Shown piece after piece: positions 18,909 to 27,722 of a DNA stretch of 54,361 bases; positions within the stretch are counted from its first letter, which is position 1; every line of letters begins with the position of its first letter. The translations under genes and the position numbers were made by a program. The notes under the pieces are model-generated. The model was not told the DNA's origin and searched no databases. It saw only the letters and a list, made by a program, of their open reading frames with translations. Origin of the DNA: Thermoplasmata archaeon (GTDB lineage: Archaea > Thermoplasmatota > Thermoplasmata > Lutacidiplasmatales > UBA184); the NCBI GenBank assembly GCA_030037875.1, contig JASHPV010000183.1, forward strand, positions 1 through 54,361, given 5' to 3'.

Positions 18909-19547
18909 TCACCAGAGCCGGATCGCGGGTCCCATCGTCGTCTTGACGTAGACCGACTCGATATTGTTGCGGCCCCGTTCCAACTTGCCGACGATGCGCT
19001 GGAGCAGAGCATCGATGTTCTGGGCCGTATCGGCCGGCGGCATGCTACGAGTGCCCACCGCGGCGTGGAGCGTCCGGTTGCCCTTGGACCGTACTCGAAT
19101 CGATCGCTTGAGCGCTTGGATGGCGTTCGAGGGGTCGCTGCCCGGTGGGAGGGGTCGAGGCATTTTGCCGCGCGGGCCCAGGACCACCCCGAGCCGCTTT
19201 CCGATCGTGGGCATCAAGGGAGCCTCGGCCAGAAAGAAGTCGATGTCTTCCACGAGCTTCTTGGCGGCTTTTTTGTTGGAGAACAGGTCGTCCATCTCGG
19301 CCGGAGAGATCGCCCGGTCCGCGACTCCGCGGACCCGCTGGAGCATTTCGGGACTGCCAAAGACCGCGACGCGGGTCGTCTTCCCTCGTCCCTTCGGGAG
19401 GGCGAGCTCCTCTTCAATCCGGTTCTTGGGAACTGAGAGGTCGAGGTCCTTGAGATTGATCGACAGATCGATGGTCTCCGGAAACTTCCGTTCCGGCGCC
19501 TTGGAGATAGCCTCGGTGACCACTTCCACCGCCGGACGATCCGCCAT
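18909..19547 (-). CDS. rpl1: 50S ribosomal protein L1
   Basis: RKF.ETIDL.INLK, LGPRGKMP, VYVKTTMGP. Confidence 0.97.
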   Translation of the reverse strand: MADRPAVEVVTEAISKAPERKFPETIDLSINLKDLDLSVPKNRIEEELALPKGRGKTTRVAVFGSPEMLQRVRGVADRAISPAEMDDLFSNKKAAKKLVEDIDFFLAEAPLMPTIGKRLGVVLGPRGKMPRPLPPGSDPSNAIQALKRSIRVRSKGNRTLHAAVGTRSMPPADTAQNIDALLQRIVGKLERGRNNIESVYVKTTMGPAIRLW

Positions 19548-19640
19548 AATCTCCTCGTGGGATGCGGGGCCGCCGAGCAGGCCCCCCTAGATAAAGACTT
19601 AGGTCGGCGCCCCCGAGAAACGAGGTCGAAGTCCTCGTCG

Positions 19641-21170
19641 CTACGGCTCGCCGCTCCGGACCGAGTCCTGGAACGCCCGCACACCGAACGGTCGACCGGT
19701 GACCTCCCGCACGCGCGGGATCCAGTCGTACCGGGCCCCCGGGGCCAACCAGTTCTCTACGAGCCACGGCCCCATAGCGGGATTGGGCCAGAGAGGACGG
19801 CCAACCTGCTCCGTGAAGGCGCGAACCAGCTGCTTGCGGAACAGGAGAGACAGCAGGTAACTTTGGCCGTACACCGGATGGGTGATGTAGGGCGTCTGGA
19901 TGAAGGACCTCGGCGCGTATCGCCCGAAACCGAACAGCGTGCGAAGGTACGAGGTCGCGCTCCGAGTGGGGTCCCCGTCCGGGTCGCGATAGAGGTCCAG
20001 TTCAGTCCGGACCCAGCTGGCCATCATTGCGGCGCGCACTAAGTGCTCGAGCGAGCGACCCTTGCGGAATCTTCGAACGGAACGGGAGTCCACTCCGCGT
20101 CGGCCCTGCAGCCATCGAGGGGCCATCGAGACCTCTTCGAAGAGGTCCCCAATCCCTTCCACAAATCCCGAGAAGCCCACATCCGGGGACCGGAGGAGGT
20201 ACCCCGGCTGATGGACGGAGGCGAAGTGGACCGCATGACCAAATTCATGGAAGGCGACCAGGTACCGTTCCCATCCGCCTTTCGGCGGAATAACGATTCG
20301 GACGTCCGTTGGGATCCGAATCGCGAAGGTCAGTCCTCCGAACGGAATGTCGTGCATCGTAACGGCGATCGGTAGCCGCGAGATCGGCAAGCCCCATCGT
20401 CGGAGGGCCGACCGAATGGCAGGCACCATTGCGGAGCCCGGAAACGACCGGTACGGGAGGGCCGCTCGTCGCTCCTGCGCGAAGCGCAGGTCCCAGGGGA
20501 ACCAGGTCGCTTCACCGGAGTGTACGAGGAAGTCGTCCCGAATCTTCCGAATCTCCCGCGCGATTGGGCGGAGCGCTTCGTCGCACAGATTCCGAAGGGC
20601 CGCGACAGTCAGGCCCTCGAAGTTGAGCCGCAGCTCGGGATAACTGGGAAAGCCAAGCGCACGAGCCCGCGCGTTCCGGGCCTGCGTGAGCCTCCGAAGG
20701 TCGGGGCCAAGACGATTCCACAATTCGTCCTCTGCGCGGTACGCTTCTTCGCGGGCGGCACGTCGGGGATTCGTGCGCAGCTCGTCCCGGATCCGTGCGC
20801 GGTCCACGCGCCGACCCTGGAACCTCGGGCGGAACCCGACAACGCGTCGTTCTAGGCGGAGTCGAAGTTGCACCACACTGGGATGCTGTTCGGAGGCTGC
20901 GTCGAGATAGAGCCGGTCCAGCAACACCAAGCGCCGGGCGAGCGCGCCATCGGTATCGGCCAGCCGCTGGGCCCTCCGGACCCACCGGTGGATCGCCGGG
21001 TCTCCGAGAAATCGGGCCCGTGCGCTGATCCAACGTTCCGATTCGGCATGCGCTCGACCCGCGTACAGTCTCCACGTCGCCAGGGAGATTGTGTGGTCGA
21101 ACGTCGCGATTCGCCGTTCGAGCCGGCGCAGAGTGGCTTCGACGGAATGGGCCGAGTCCGGAGCCTCCAG
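19641..21170 (-). CDS. Zinc metallopeptidase, gluzincin M2/M3/M32-like; start uncertain
   Basis: HEFGH zinc motif with downstream EG; RNA.AR.LGF..Y. The frame stays open ~300 nt upstream of TTG 20930 without ATG/GTG/TTG; CTG 21170 used as provisional start. Confidence 0.75.
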   Translation of the reverse strand: MEAPDSAHSVEATLRRLERRIATFDHTISLATWRLYAGRAHAESERWISARARFLGDPAIHRWVRRAQRLADTDGALARRLVLLDRLYLDAASEQHPSVVQLRLRLERRVVGFRPRFQGRRVDRARIRDELRTNPRRAAREEAYRAEDELWNRLGPDLRRLTQARNARARALGFPSYPELRLNFEGLTVAALRNLCDEALRPIAREIRKIRDDFLVHSGEATWFPWDLRFAQERRAALPYRSFPGSAMVPAIRSALRRWGLPISRLPIAVTMHDIPFGGLTFAIRIPTDVRIVIPPKGGWERYLVAFHEFGHAVHFASVHQPGYLLRSPDVGFSGFVEGIGDLFEEVSMAPRWLQGRRGVDSRSVRRFRKGRSLEHLVRAAMMASWVRTELDLYRDPDGDPTRSATSYLRTLFGFGRYAPRSFIQTPYITHPVYGQSYLLSLLFRKQLVRAFTEQVGRPLWPNPAMGPWLVENWLAPGARYDWIPRVREVTGRPFGVRAFQDSVRSGEP

Positions 21171-21249
21171 CGTCGGCGGGATGAGCGCCGGATGCGCGGG
21201 GAGCCTAAGGATTTCGCGGCGAAGAAATCCGCTTTGGTTAGCCTAATCC

Positions 21250-21255
21250 TATATA
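21250..21255 (+). promoter_or_regulatory. TATA box of rpl44e operon
   Basis: TATATA 24 nt upstream of ATG 21280 (leaderless geometry). Confidence 0.55.
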
Positions 21256-21279
21256 GGCACCCTACTTCCCCGCGCCCCG

Positions 21280-21564
21280 ATGCACTACCCTAAGGTCATC
21301 TCGACCTACTGTCCTCGGTGCCACAAGCACACCCCGCACGACGTCGAGAAAGGAAAGAAGAAGCCGGCGTCCGAGCTCAAGTGGGGCCAACGGCGGTTCC
21401 GACGCGCCACCGGCGGTTACGGCGGGTTTCCCCGGCCGAAGCCCGAGGGGCGCGCCAAGGCCGTCCGGCGGGTCCTTCTGAGGTTCCGTTGCAAGCAGTG
21501 CAAGTACATCGTCCAGCCCGTCGGCTGGCGGGCTAGCACGTTCGAGCTGACCGAGGCGGAGTGA
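21280..21564 (+). CDS. rpl44e: 50S ribosomal protein L44e
   Basis: TYCP.C.KHT.H, GYGGFPRP, L...C..C. Confidence 0.96.
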   Translation: MHYPKVISTYCPRCHKHTPHDVEKGKKKPASELKWGQRRFRRATGGYGGFPRPKPEGRAKAVRRVLLRFRCKQCKYIVQPVGWRASTFELTEAE

Positions 21565-21749
21565 GTGCTCGTTCCATGACTGCCGCTCCGTTCTGGGTCG
21601 TCAAGTGTCCAGACTGCTCGGGAGAGCAGACGATCTTCAGCCGCCCCGCCACGACGGTCAACTGCGTGGTCTGCGGCGCCACGTTGGCCACTCCGACCGG
21701 CGGCAAGGCGCAACTTCGCGGAACGTTCGTTCGACCGGCATCGGCCTAG
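21561..21749 (+). CDS. rps27e: 30S ribosomal protein S27e
   Basis: VKCPDC..EQ.IF...V.C.VCG..LA.PTGGKA. Confidence 0.95.
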   Translation: MSARSMTAAPFWVVKCPDCSGEQTIFSRPATTVNCVVCGATLATPTGGKAQLRGTFVRPASA

Positions 21750-21767
21750 GTGGGGAGGCGCTTCGCT

Positions 21768-22544
21768 GTGCCACTCCGGGGAGAATTCCCCGAAGACGGG
21801 GAACTGGTCGTCGCCACCGTGACGCAGATCCGAGACTTCGGCGCGTTCGTCACGCTGGATGAGTACGCGAACCGGGAGGCCTTCATCCACCTCTCCGAGG
21901 TCGCCACGGGGTGGGTCAAATACATCCGAGACCACATCCGAGAGCGCCAGAAGATCGTGGGTCGAGTCCTCCATATCGACACGGCCAAGGGGCAGATCGA
22001 CCTCTCCCTCAAGCGGATCAACGAGCACCAGCGCCGCGAGAAGATTCAGAGTTGGAAGAATGAGCAGCGCGCGCAGCGATTGCTCGCCATAGTCGCGAAA
22101 GCGCTCAGGATCGAGGTCGACGCCACCTATGCCTCGTTCGCGGAGAAGCTGGTCGAGGACCAAGGAAGTCTGTTTCACGCTTTCGAGGTGGCCTCGGCCG
22201 AGCCAAAGAAATTCGCCGCGCAGTACGGAAAGGCGGCCTGGGTGTCGGCCTTCCTGAAGGTGGCCGAGGAGAATCTGACTCCGCCCCACGTGACGATCCG
22301 TGGAACCCTCGAGATCTCCTCCGCCGCGCCGGAGGGCGTGAAGGACGTCCGGACCGCGCTGCGCGCCGCCGAGGAGGTGGACCCGGAGTCGGTCACGGTC
22401 CAATACGTCGGCGCCCCGCGATACCGGCTACAGGTCACCGGGACCCAGTACAAGCAAGTGGAGGAGGTCCTCAAGAAGGCCACCGAAGCCGCCCTCGCGA
22501 AGATCGCCAAGACCGGCGGGCATGGGAGCTTCGTCCGGGCATGA
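21768..22544 (+). CDS. eif2a: Translation initiation factor aIF2 alpha
   Basis: FPEDGELVV, S1 domain GAFV.LDEY, IDLSLKR, YVGAPRYR; GTG 21768 follows GGGGAGG SD. Confidence 0.95.
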   Translation: MPLRGEFPEDGELVVATVTQIRDFGAFVTLDEYANREAFIHLSEVATGWVKYIRDHIRERQKIVGRVLHIDTAKGQIDLSLKRINEHQRREKIQSWKNEQRAQRLLAIVAKALRIEVDATYASFAEKLVEDQGSLFHAFEVASAEPKKFAAQYGKAAWVSAFLKVAEENLTPPHVTIRGTLEISSAAPEGVKDVRTALRAAEEVDPESVTVQYVGAPRYRLQVTGTQYKQVEEVLKKATEAALAKIAKTGGHGSFVRA

Positions 22545-22708
22545 CCGATTCCCTTCTCCGGGTATGTCGGACCTGCGGGCGATACACCCTGTCGATGACA
22601 TGCCCGGTCGACCACGCCGAGACCCGCACCCCGCACCCCGCCCGCTTTTCTCCTCAGGACCGTTGGGGGAAATACCGCCGCGCCTTGCAGACCGGGCCGG
22701 CATCGTAG
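22541..22708 (+). CDS. nop10: H/ACA RNP protein Nop10 (55 aa; not in ORF track)
   Basis: MTDSLLRVCRTCGRYTLSMTCPVDHAETRTPHPARFSPQDRWGKYRRALQTGPAS*; YTL, HPARFSP.D.WGKYRR; ATGA overlap with aIF2a. Confidence 0.92.
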   Translation: MTDSLLRVCRTCGRYTLSMTCPVDHAETRTPHPARFSPQDRWGKYRRALQTGPAS

Positions 22709-22741
22709 GACGCGGCGCGCCAAAGGAAGCAGAAGAGGATC

Positions 22742-23269
22742 ATGATGGCCACTGGGATGCATCGAATCAAGGTCGTGAACGAGATCAGCGACCTCGTACC
22801 GGTCCTGCGCGCCGTCGACACGCCGCTCAAGCTCAAACTGCTCCAACGCCTGTCCGAAACGTGGCTCACCCCCGAGGATGTGCAGCGCGAGTTCGGGAAG
22901 GAGGGGCTGAAGGTCCTCACCCTCTTCGAGAAGCTCAAGCTGGTCGACACCCGGTGGGTGGCCCGCGAGGGGCGCAAGACGCCGGACAAGAGCTACCACA
23001 CCTACTACGGGACCATCAACATCAACACCACGGCGCCGCTGACGGAGGTCTCCGAGATCCTCGCGATCGCCAGCATGGACGACAAGGAGTACGCCAAGCT
23101 GGAGCAGAAGATCTACGACGCGGTCGGCGAGGGGGGCATGTTCTTCTCGGACATCGCCGAACAGCTCGGCATGTCGCCGACGCGGCTCAAGGGACTCGTG
23201 AAGCGATCGGACAAGCTCGAGTACCGGGGGCATCGGATCGAGCGGTTCCATGCCCGCGCCACGCCGTAA
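22742..23269 (+). CDS. Archaeal ArsR-like HTH transcriptional regulator
   Basis: KVVNE.SDLVP.L, W.T, L.DT.W, P.K.YHTYY pattern of a conserved euryarchaeal family. Confidence 0.7.
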   Translation: MMATGMHRIKVVNEISDLVPVLRAVDTPLKLKLLQRLSETWLTPEDVQREFGKEGLKVLTLFEKLKLVDTRWVAREGRKTPDKSYHTYYGTININTTAPLTEVSEILAIASMDDKEYAKLEQKIYDAVGEGGMFFSDIAEQLGMSPTRLKGLVKRSDKLEYRGHRIERFHARATP

Positions 23270-23807
23270 ACGACGTCGACCGGACGTCGCGGTGCTCCGG
23301 GTCGGCCATCGTCCGGGACGCGACCCCCGGCTCACCACCCACCTGGCCCTGGCGGCCCGGGCGCTCGGGGCGTCCCGGCTCTTCTTGCATCCTCCGGACC
23401 CCGAGCTCGCGGACCGTATCGCAGCGGTCGCTCGACGCTGGGGCGGCACGTTTGGCGTGCTCGGCGTATCGTCCTGGAAGCCGGTGCTCTCCGAATATCG
23501 AGGGGGCGTGGTGCACCTGACGATGTACGGCGAAGCCCTGACGAGCGTGCTCCCTCGGATACGGCGCGCGCCCCGGCTGCTCGTTGTGGTTGGGGGCGCG
23601 AAGGTGCCCGCCGCGCTCTTCGAGGACGCGGACTACAACCTGGCGATCGGATCCCAGCCCCACAGCGAGGTGGCGGCACTGGCGGTGTTCCTTCATCGGC
23701 TGCTCGGAGACACCCCCCCGTCTCGCTTCCGAGGTGGCGAGCAGCGCATCATCCCTCAACGCCGAGGCAAGCGCGTGCTGGCGGTCCGGGGGAGGAACCC
23801 CGGATGA
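23250..23807 (+). CDS. trm56: tRNA (cytidine-56-2'-O)-methyltransferase
   Basis: LR.GHRP.RD.R.TTH..L.ARALGA, WGG.F, VHLTMYG, QPHSEVAALAVFL. Confidence 0.95.
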   Translation: MPAPRRKRRRPDVAVLRVGHRPGRDPRLTTHLALAARALGASRLFLHPPDPELADRIAAVARRWGGTFGVLGVSSWKPVLSEYRGGVVHLTMYGEALTSVLPRIRRAPRLLVVVGGAKVPAALFEDADYNLAIGSQPHSEVAALAVFLHRLLGDTPPSRFRGGEQRIIPQRRGKRVLAVRGRNPG

Positions 23808-24772
23808 CCGAACCCTCCATCCCGCCGCAGGTTCTCCCCGTCGTCGCGCGCGCGCCCGGGAAGTGCATATTGTTCGGCGAGCACGCGGTGGTCCGGGGCC
23901 AGCCGGAAGTGCTCTTGGCCATCGACGTCTACTGCCAGGTGGGGATCCGACCCGCTCCCGAGTGGCGGCTCAACGGGCACGCGGACCCCGTCGCCGGGCA
24001 TCCGTACCTTCAGGCCGCGATCCGCGAGCTGTGGTCGAACGGGACCCCGCTCGATGTATCCGTTGTCTCCCGGATACCGAAAGCGTCGGGGATGGGGTCC
24101 TCCGCGGCGTTCGTTGCCGGCCTCGTCGCCGCGATGAGCGCGGCCCAAGGAGGCGTCGACCGGGCCAAACTCGCGCAGCAGGTCTTCGCGGTCGAGCGGA
24201 ACGCCCAGGGAGTGGGGAGTCCCGGGGACACGTCGGCCGCGGTCGCAGGAGGGTACTTGACGCTGAACACTGAGGTCGAAGCGGTCGGAGACCCGCTGTG
24301 GACGGTGACGGCGGAGCACGAACGCTGGACCATCCGGCGGGTCGCGGACCCCGGTTGGGTCTGGGTGGTGGCGTATTCCGGCCTCCCGAAAGCCACCGGC
24401 CCCAAGGTCCGGGCCGTGGCAGAGCGTTTCGCATCGGCCGAAGGACCGGAGCTCTTGCAACGGTTCTCGGAGGTGGCAACCGCGGGTCTGCGCGCCATGG
24501 CCAGCGAGGATGGACCCGAGACCGGCCGTCTCCTCGACGAGAATCAAGAGTTGCTTCGCGCCGTCGGGGTCTCGCATCCGCGTCTCGAGGCGCTGCTGGA
24601 CGCCGCCCGCCCGGCCGCCCTCGGGGCGAAGGTCACCGGCGCCGGGGGCGGCGGATCGATCGTAGCGCTTCCCAGGCCAGGGCAGGAGACCGACCTCGTC
24701 CGGCGCCTCGCCCGGGCCGGGGCGGTCCCGTTCGCGACGGGACCCGCCGCGCGCGGCGTGGAACTGGTCTGA
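23804..24772 (+). CDS. mvk: Mevalonate kinase (GHMP)
   Basis: APGK.ILFGEHAVV, P..SGMGSSAA, S..D, GVSH..L, AKVTGAGGGG. Confidence 0.88.
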   Translation: MTEPSIPPQVLPVVARAPGKCILFGEHAVVRGQPEVLLAIDVYCQVGIRPAPEWRLNGHADPVAGHPYLQAAIRELWSNGTPLDVSVVSRIPKASGMGSSAAFVAGLVAAMSAAQGGVDRAKLAQQVFAVERNAQGVGSPGDTSAAVAGGYLTLNTEVEAVGDPLWTVTAEHERWTIRRVADPGWVWVVAYSGLPKATGPKVRAVAERFASAEGPELLQRFSEVATAGLRAMASEDGPETGRLLDENQELLRAVGVSHPRLEALLDAARPAALGAKVTGAGGGGSIVALPRPGQETDLVRRLARAGAVPFATGPAARGVELV

Positions 24773-24843
24773 CGGCGGCCCTCGACCCGAACGGGCTCGT
24801 GGCGGAGTCCGGGTTTATGTCGACCTGAGGCTCACGAGCCGCG

Positions 24844-25239
24844 ATGAACGCGGTCAAAGTGGAATTCGTGTACGCCGGTTTGCGGGTCCGCCATCTGGCC
24901 CGGTCGCTCCGGTTCTACCGGAAACTCGGCTTCCGAGTGGCCCGTCGTGGAACGATGAAACACGGAGGAACATGGGTTCAGCTCTCGTTCCCAGGGGCCA
25001 GCCAAAGGGTCGAGCTGAACTACTATCCAAGGTCGAACCAGTTTTACGAACCGTTCCGCAGGGGTACCGAGTTCGACCATCTCGGCTTTCGGGTCTCGGA
25101 CGTGGAGGCTTGGGAGATCGAGCTTCGCCGGCGCAGATTTCCGATCGTGGGGAGAATCCGGGAGGGTAACGAAAACCTTGTGTTCACGCGGGACCCCGAC
25201 GGGAACTGGGTCGAATTCTTTGGACCGCCCCCGGCCTAG
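24844..25239 (+). CDS. VOC/glyoxalase family protein
   Basis: LRV..L.RS..FY..LGF, VELNYY, DHLGF.V.D, DPDGNWVE. Confidence 0.9.
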   Translation: MNAVKVEFVYAGLRVRHLARSLRFYRKLGFRVARRGTMKHGGTWVQLSFPGASQRVELNYYPRSNQFYEPFRRGTEFDHLGFRVSDVEAWEIELRRRRFPIVGRIREGNENLVFTRDPDGNWVEFFGPPPA

Positions 25240-25249
25240 GTTCCGCGTG

Positions 25250-26446
25250 TCATCGGCGCGCCACGATACGGATCACTGCGCCCGCGTCGACCGGATGGTC
25301 GGCCGCGAGCGCTCGGTGCGTCCGCCCATCGATCGCCCGAATGAAATGTTCCCCGAGCTCACTATGGACCCGGAATGCCACGGCCCGCACGGGGGTTCCC
25401 GCCGGCACGAGGAACGCGTCCGGAAGGACACGCCCCTTCGAGTCGGTCCAGTGCGTCTCGTCTTCGACCGGAAACACCACGACCTGATGGAGGCGCTCGA
25501 ACACCATCGATTCGAGGAGCGGCTGCACGCCGGTCGTACCCCACCGTTTCAGCACCTGCCGAATCCCCTCGAGCCCCTTCGCCTGCGCGGGAGATAGCCT
25601 CGAAGGGTCCGGTACTTGGAAGTCCGCGTCCCCGGGTGAGTACGCGACGAGTCCGGCTTTCACAGCCCGGCGGAGTGTTAGCTCGGCCTCGGCGCTGGTC
25701 GGCTTCGCAGGGATCGGCCGGAGCGCTTGCTCGAGTTCCGAGGCCCGGTCCGGCGCGATGCGGTCACATTTATTGAGGGCCGCCGCGCGGGGCTTGGCCG
25801 CATCGAGCAGAACGCGAGCCAGACGCAACAAGTCTTCGGCGGACCACTTGGACGGATGGGCCCGGTCGATGGGGGCCTCGCGCAGCGCCGTTTGGATCGC
25901 GGCCGGCGCGATCTTGAGCCCCGTCAACCGGTGTTCGAGGTACTCCTCGATTTTCACACCCTCGAGCTCGGCCTTTCGGACCTGCCGGTCGAACTCTCGC
26001 TCGAGGAGTCCCGCCACCCAGTACGCGAGCTCATCGCCGAGCCAGCCCACCTCCTCGGCCGGCTCCTGAGAGCCGGGCGGAACCGGGTTCCCTTCCGGGT
26101 CCGTCGCCCCGGTCGCGTCGACGACTTGGATGAAGCCGTCCGCCACGCTCAGGTCGTTCAGAAACTGATTGCCCAGGCCGCGGCCTTCGTGAGCCCCGGG
26201 GACCAGTCCCGCCACGTCGACCAGGGAGACCGGCACCCATCGCACCCCATTCCGACAGGCCGCGTTGCCGGGAGTGCATGGCGTGCCACGTTCGGTGTGA
26301 GGACAGGGGAATCGAACCGCGGCCACGCCCCGATTGGGTTTCACGGTGGTGAACGGATACGGCGCCATCGTCGCGTCCAGTAGCGTGAGCGCGTTGAACA
26401 ACGTCGATTTTCCGACGTTCGGTTTCCCGACGATGCCAACTTCCAT
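25250..26446 (-). CDS. ychF: YchF-related OBG-family ATPase/GTPase with TGS domain
   Basis: GIVGKPNVGKST, YPFTT, DVAGLVPGAH.GRGLGN.FL, NKCD, LPDAFL. Confidence 0.9.
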   Translation of the reverse strand: MEVGIVGKPNVGKSTLFNALTLLDATMAPYPFTTVKPNRGVAAVRFPCPHTERGTPCTPGNAACRNGVRWVPVSLVDVAGLVPGAHEGRGLGNQFLNDLSVADGFIQVVDATGATDPEGNPVPPGSQEPAEEVGWLGDELAYWVAGLLEREFDRQVRKAELEGVKIEEYLEHRLTGLKIAPAAIQTALREAPIDRAHPSKWSAEDLLRLARVLLDAAKPRAAALNKCDRIAPDRASELEQALRPIPAKPTSAEAELTLRRAVKAGLVAYSPGDADFQVPDPSRLSPAQAKGLEGIRQVLKRWGTTGVQPLLESMVFERLHQVVVFPVEDETHWTDSKGRVLPDAFLVPAGTPVRAVAFRVHSELGEHFIRAIDGRTHRALAADHPVDAGAVIRIVARR

Positions 26447-26475
26447 TGCGGCCCCCTATCGCTCGGCGGTCCAGT

Positions 26476-27024
26476 TTAGACCGTGTAGTCCGGTGGAATC
26501 TCGGCGAAGCCTTCGGCCCGGTTGACGGCGAGCGCCAGGGCGAACAGCAGGGAGCTCAGCCGATTCGCCCATTGGAGCAGCGTCTCCCGCTGGGGTTCCT
26601 CCGCGTGGAGCGCCCACAGATCTCGCTCGGCTCGCCGTGCGACCGCGCGGGCGTATTGAAGGTGCGCGCCGCCCGGTCCCCCCCGTGGGAGAACGAACGA
26701 ATGCATCGGGTCGAGGGAACCGGAGAGCCGGTCGGTCTCCGTCTCAAGACGATGCACGTGACGCGGCTCGATCCGATGGGCGTCTTTCGCCACCGGCCCG
26801 GGAGAAGCGATCTCGCTGTTCGCGATGAAGACCTCGTGCGATAATCGCCGGAGGAGCGCGCGCTCCTCCGGCCGGTTCGGGAGGAAGGATTCGGCCACTC
26901 CGAGCGCGGCCGCCAGCTCGTCGTAGCTGCCCAAGGCGCGGATACGCGCCGAGGCCTTGTTTACGCGCGCACCACCAGTGAGGCCGGTGTCCCCGCGGTC
27001 ACCGGTGCGGGAATAGAGCCGCGT
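26476..27024 (-). CDS. pduO: PduO-type cob(I)alamin adenosyltransferase; non-canonical start
   Basis: In-frame LYSRTGDRGDTGL upstream of the track ORF; G..DEL, FVLP.G, R.V.RRAER, NRLS. Provisional start ACG 27024. Confidence 0.85.
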   Translation of the reverse strand, partial: TRLYSRTGDRGDTGLTGGARVNKASARIRALGSYDELAAALGVAESFLPNRPEERALLRRLSHEVFIANSEIASPGPVAKDAHRIEPRHVHRLETETDRLSGSLDPMHSFVLPRGGPGGAHLQYARAVARRAERDLWALHAEEPQRETLLQWANRLSSLLFALALAVNRAEGFAEIPPDYTV

Positions 27025-27197
27025 GGAATTCGAGCCTCCGGTCGCCAGGGCAGCGCATCGAGCGGTGACCCCAACCCATGGATGGGGCAGTACGAAATAT
27101 TGAGCACCTCATTATGCTTGGCATCTTGTCGGCACGACCGACAGATGAAACCGCTGCGTTTGGCCCAGGCTATCCCCAGCTCTTCGGTTGCTTGCAT
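26961..27197 (-). CDS. Small zinc-ribbon protein
   Basis: CRSC...YCPIHG; lies between the RHH gene and pduO and overlaps the pduO 5' end. Confidence 0.55.
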   Translation of the reverse strand: MQATEELGIAWAKRSGFICRSCRQDAKHNEVLNISYCPIHGLGSPLDALPWRPEARIPRGSIPAPVTAGTPASLVVRA

Positions 27198-27212
27198 TCC
27201 CACACCCGCGCG

Positions 27213-27611
27213 TTAGCGATCAAGGAGCTCGCGCCCCTCCCGGTCGGCCCGGCGTCGTCGTTCGGATCGGCCGGCCGTCTCCCGCGCCGCCCGGCGGAGG
27301 GCCGGGAGTCGCTCACCGTGGAGACGGCTCAGCTCCTGGACTCCGAGCGTCGCGACGAGGGTCACCGCCTCGTCGAGCGTTCGGGCCCAGCCATCCTCTA
27401 CGACATCTTCCAGCTCCGCCCGCAGACTCACGGGGAATTCGGAGGCCTTGGGCGGCGCTTCGATCGATTGCCGTACGAGTAACCGCACGGCATCCGACCG
27501 GGTCGCCACCCCCCGCGATTTCTGGAACTGGTCGAGTCGCTCGACCTCTTCGGGCGTGAGTCGCACGCCCAGAAAGTACGAGGCCGACTTCGTCGGGGTC
27601 GCTGACCGCAC
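27213..27611 (-). CDS. Ribbon-helix-helix (CopG-like) DNA-binding protein
   Basis: LGVRLT.EE.E.LD......TRSDAVR.LV RHH pattern plus a second RHH-like unit (VSLRAELE..VE.GW). Confidence 0.75.
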   Translation of the reverse strand: MRSATPTKSASYFLGVRLTPEEVERLDQFQKSRGVATRSDAVRLLVRQSIEAPPKASEFPVSLRAELEDVVEDGWARTLDEAVTLVATLGVQELSRLHGERLPALRRAARETAGRSERRRRADREGRELLDR

Positions 27612-27668
27612 GCCGTTTAACAGAATTTACCAAATATTTAGATATATCTCAGATTTCGTTAAACAACC

Positions 27669-27722
27669 GGGGGCAGTCCCGCCGACCACTGACCCGAGCT
27701 TTCAAGCGCTGGCGCGCCGCCG
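27669..27722 (+). repeat. 54-bp direct repeat, copy 1
   Basis: GGGGGCAGTCCCGCCGACCACTGACCCGAGCTTTCAAGCGCTGGCGCGCCGCCG; 50/54 identical to 30937-30990. Confidence 0.9.

Noticed and set aside
19565-19588. GGGGCC/GGCCCC hairpin in the rpl1 leader as an L1 autoregulatory operator
   Set aside because: Lacks the recognisable GGAG/GAAA internal-loop motif; short GC stems are common here
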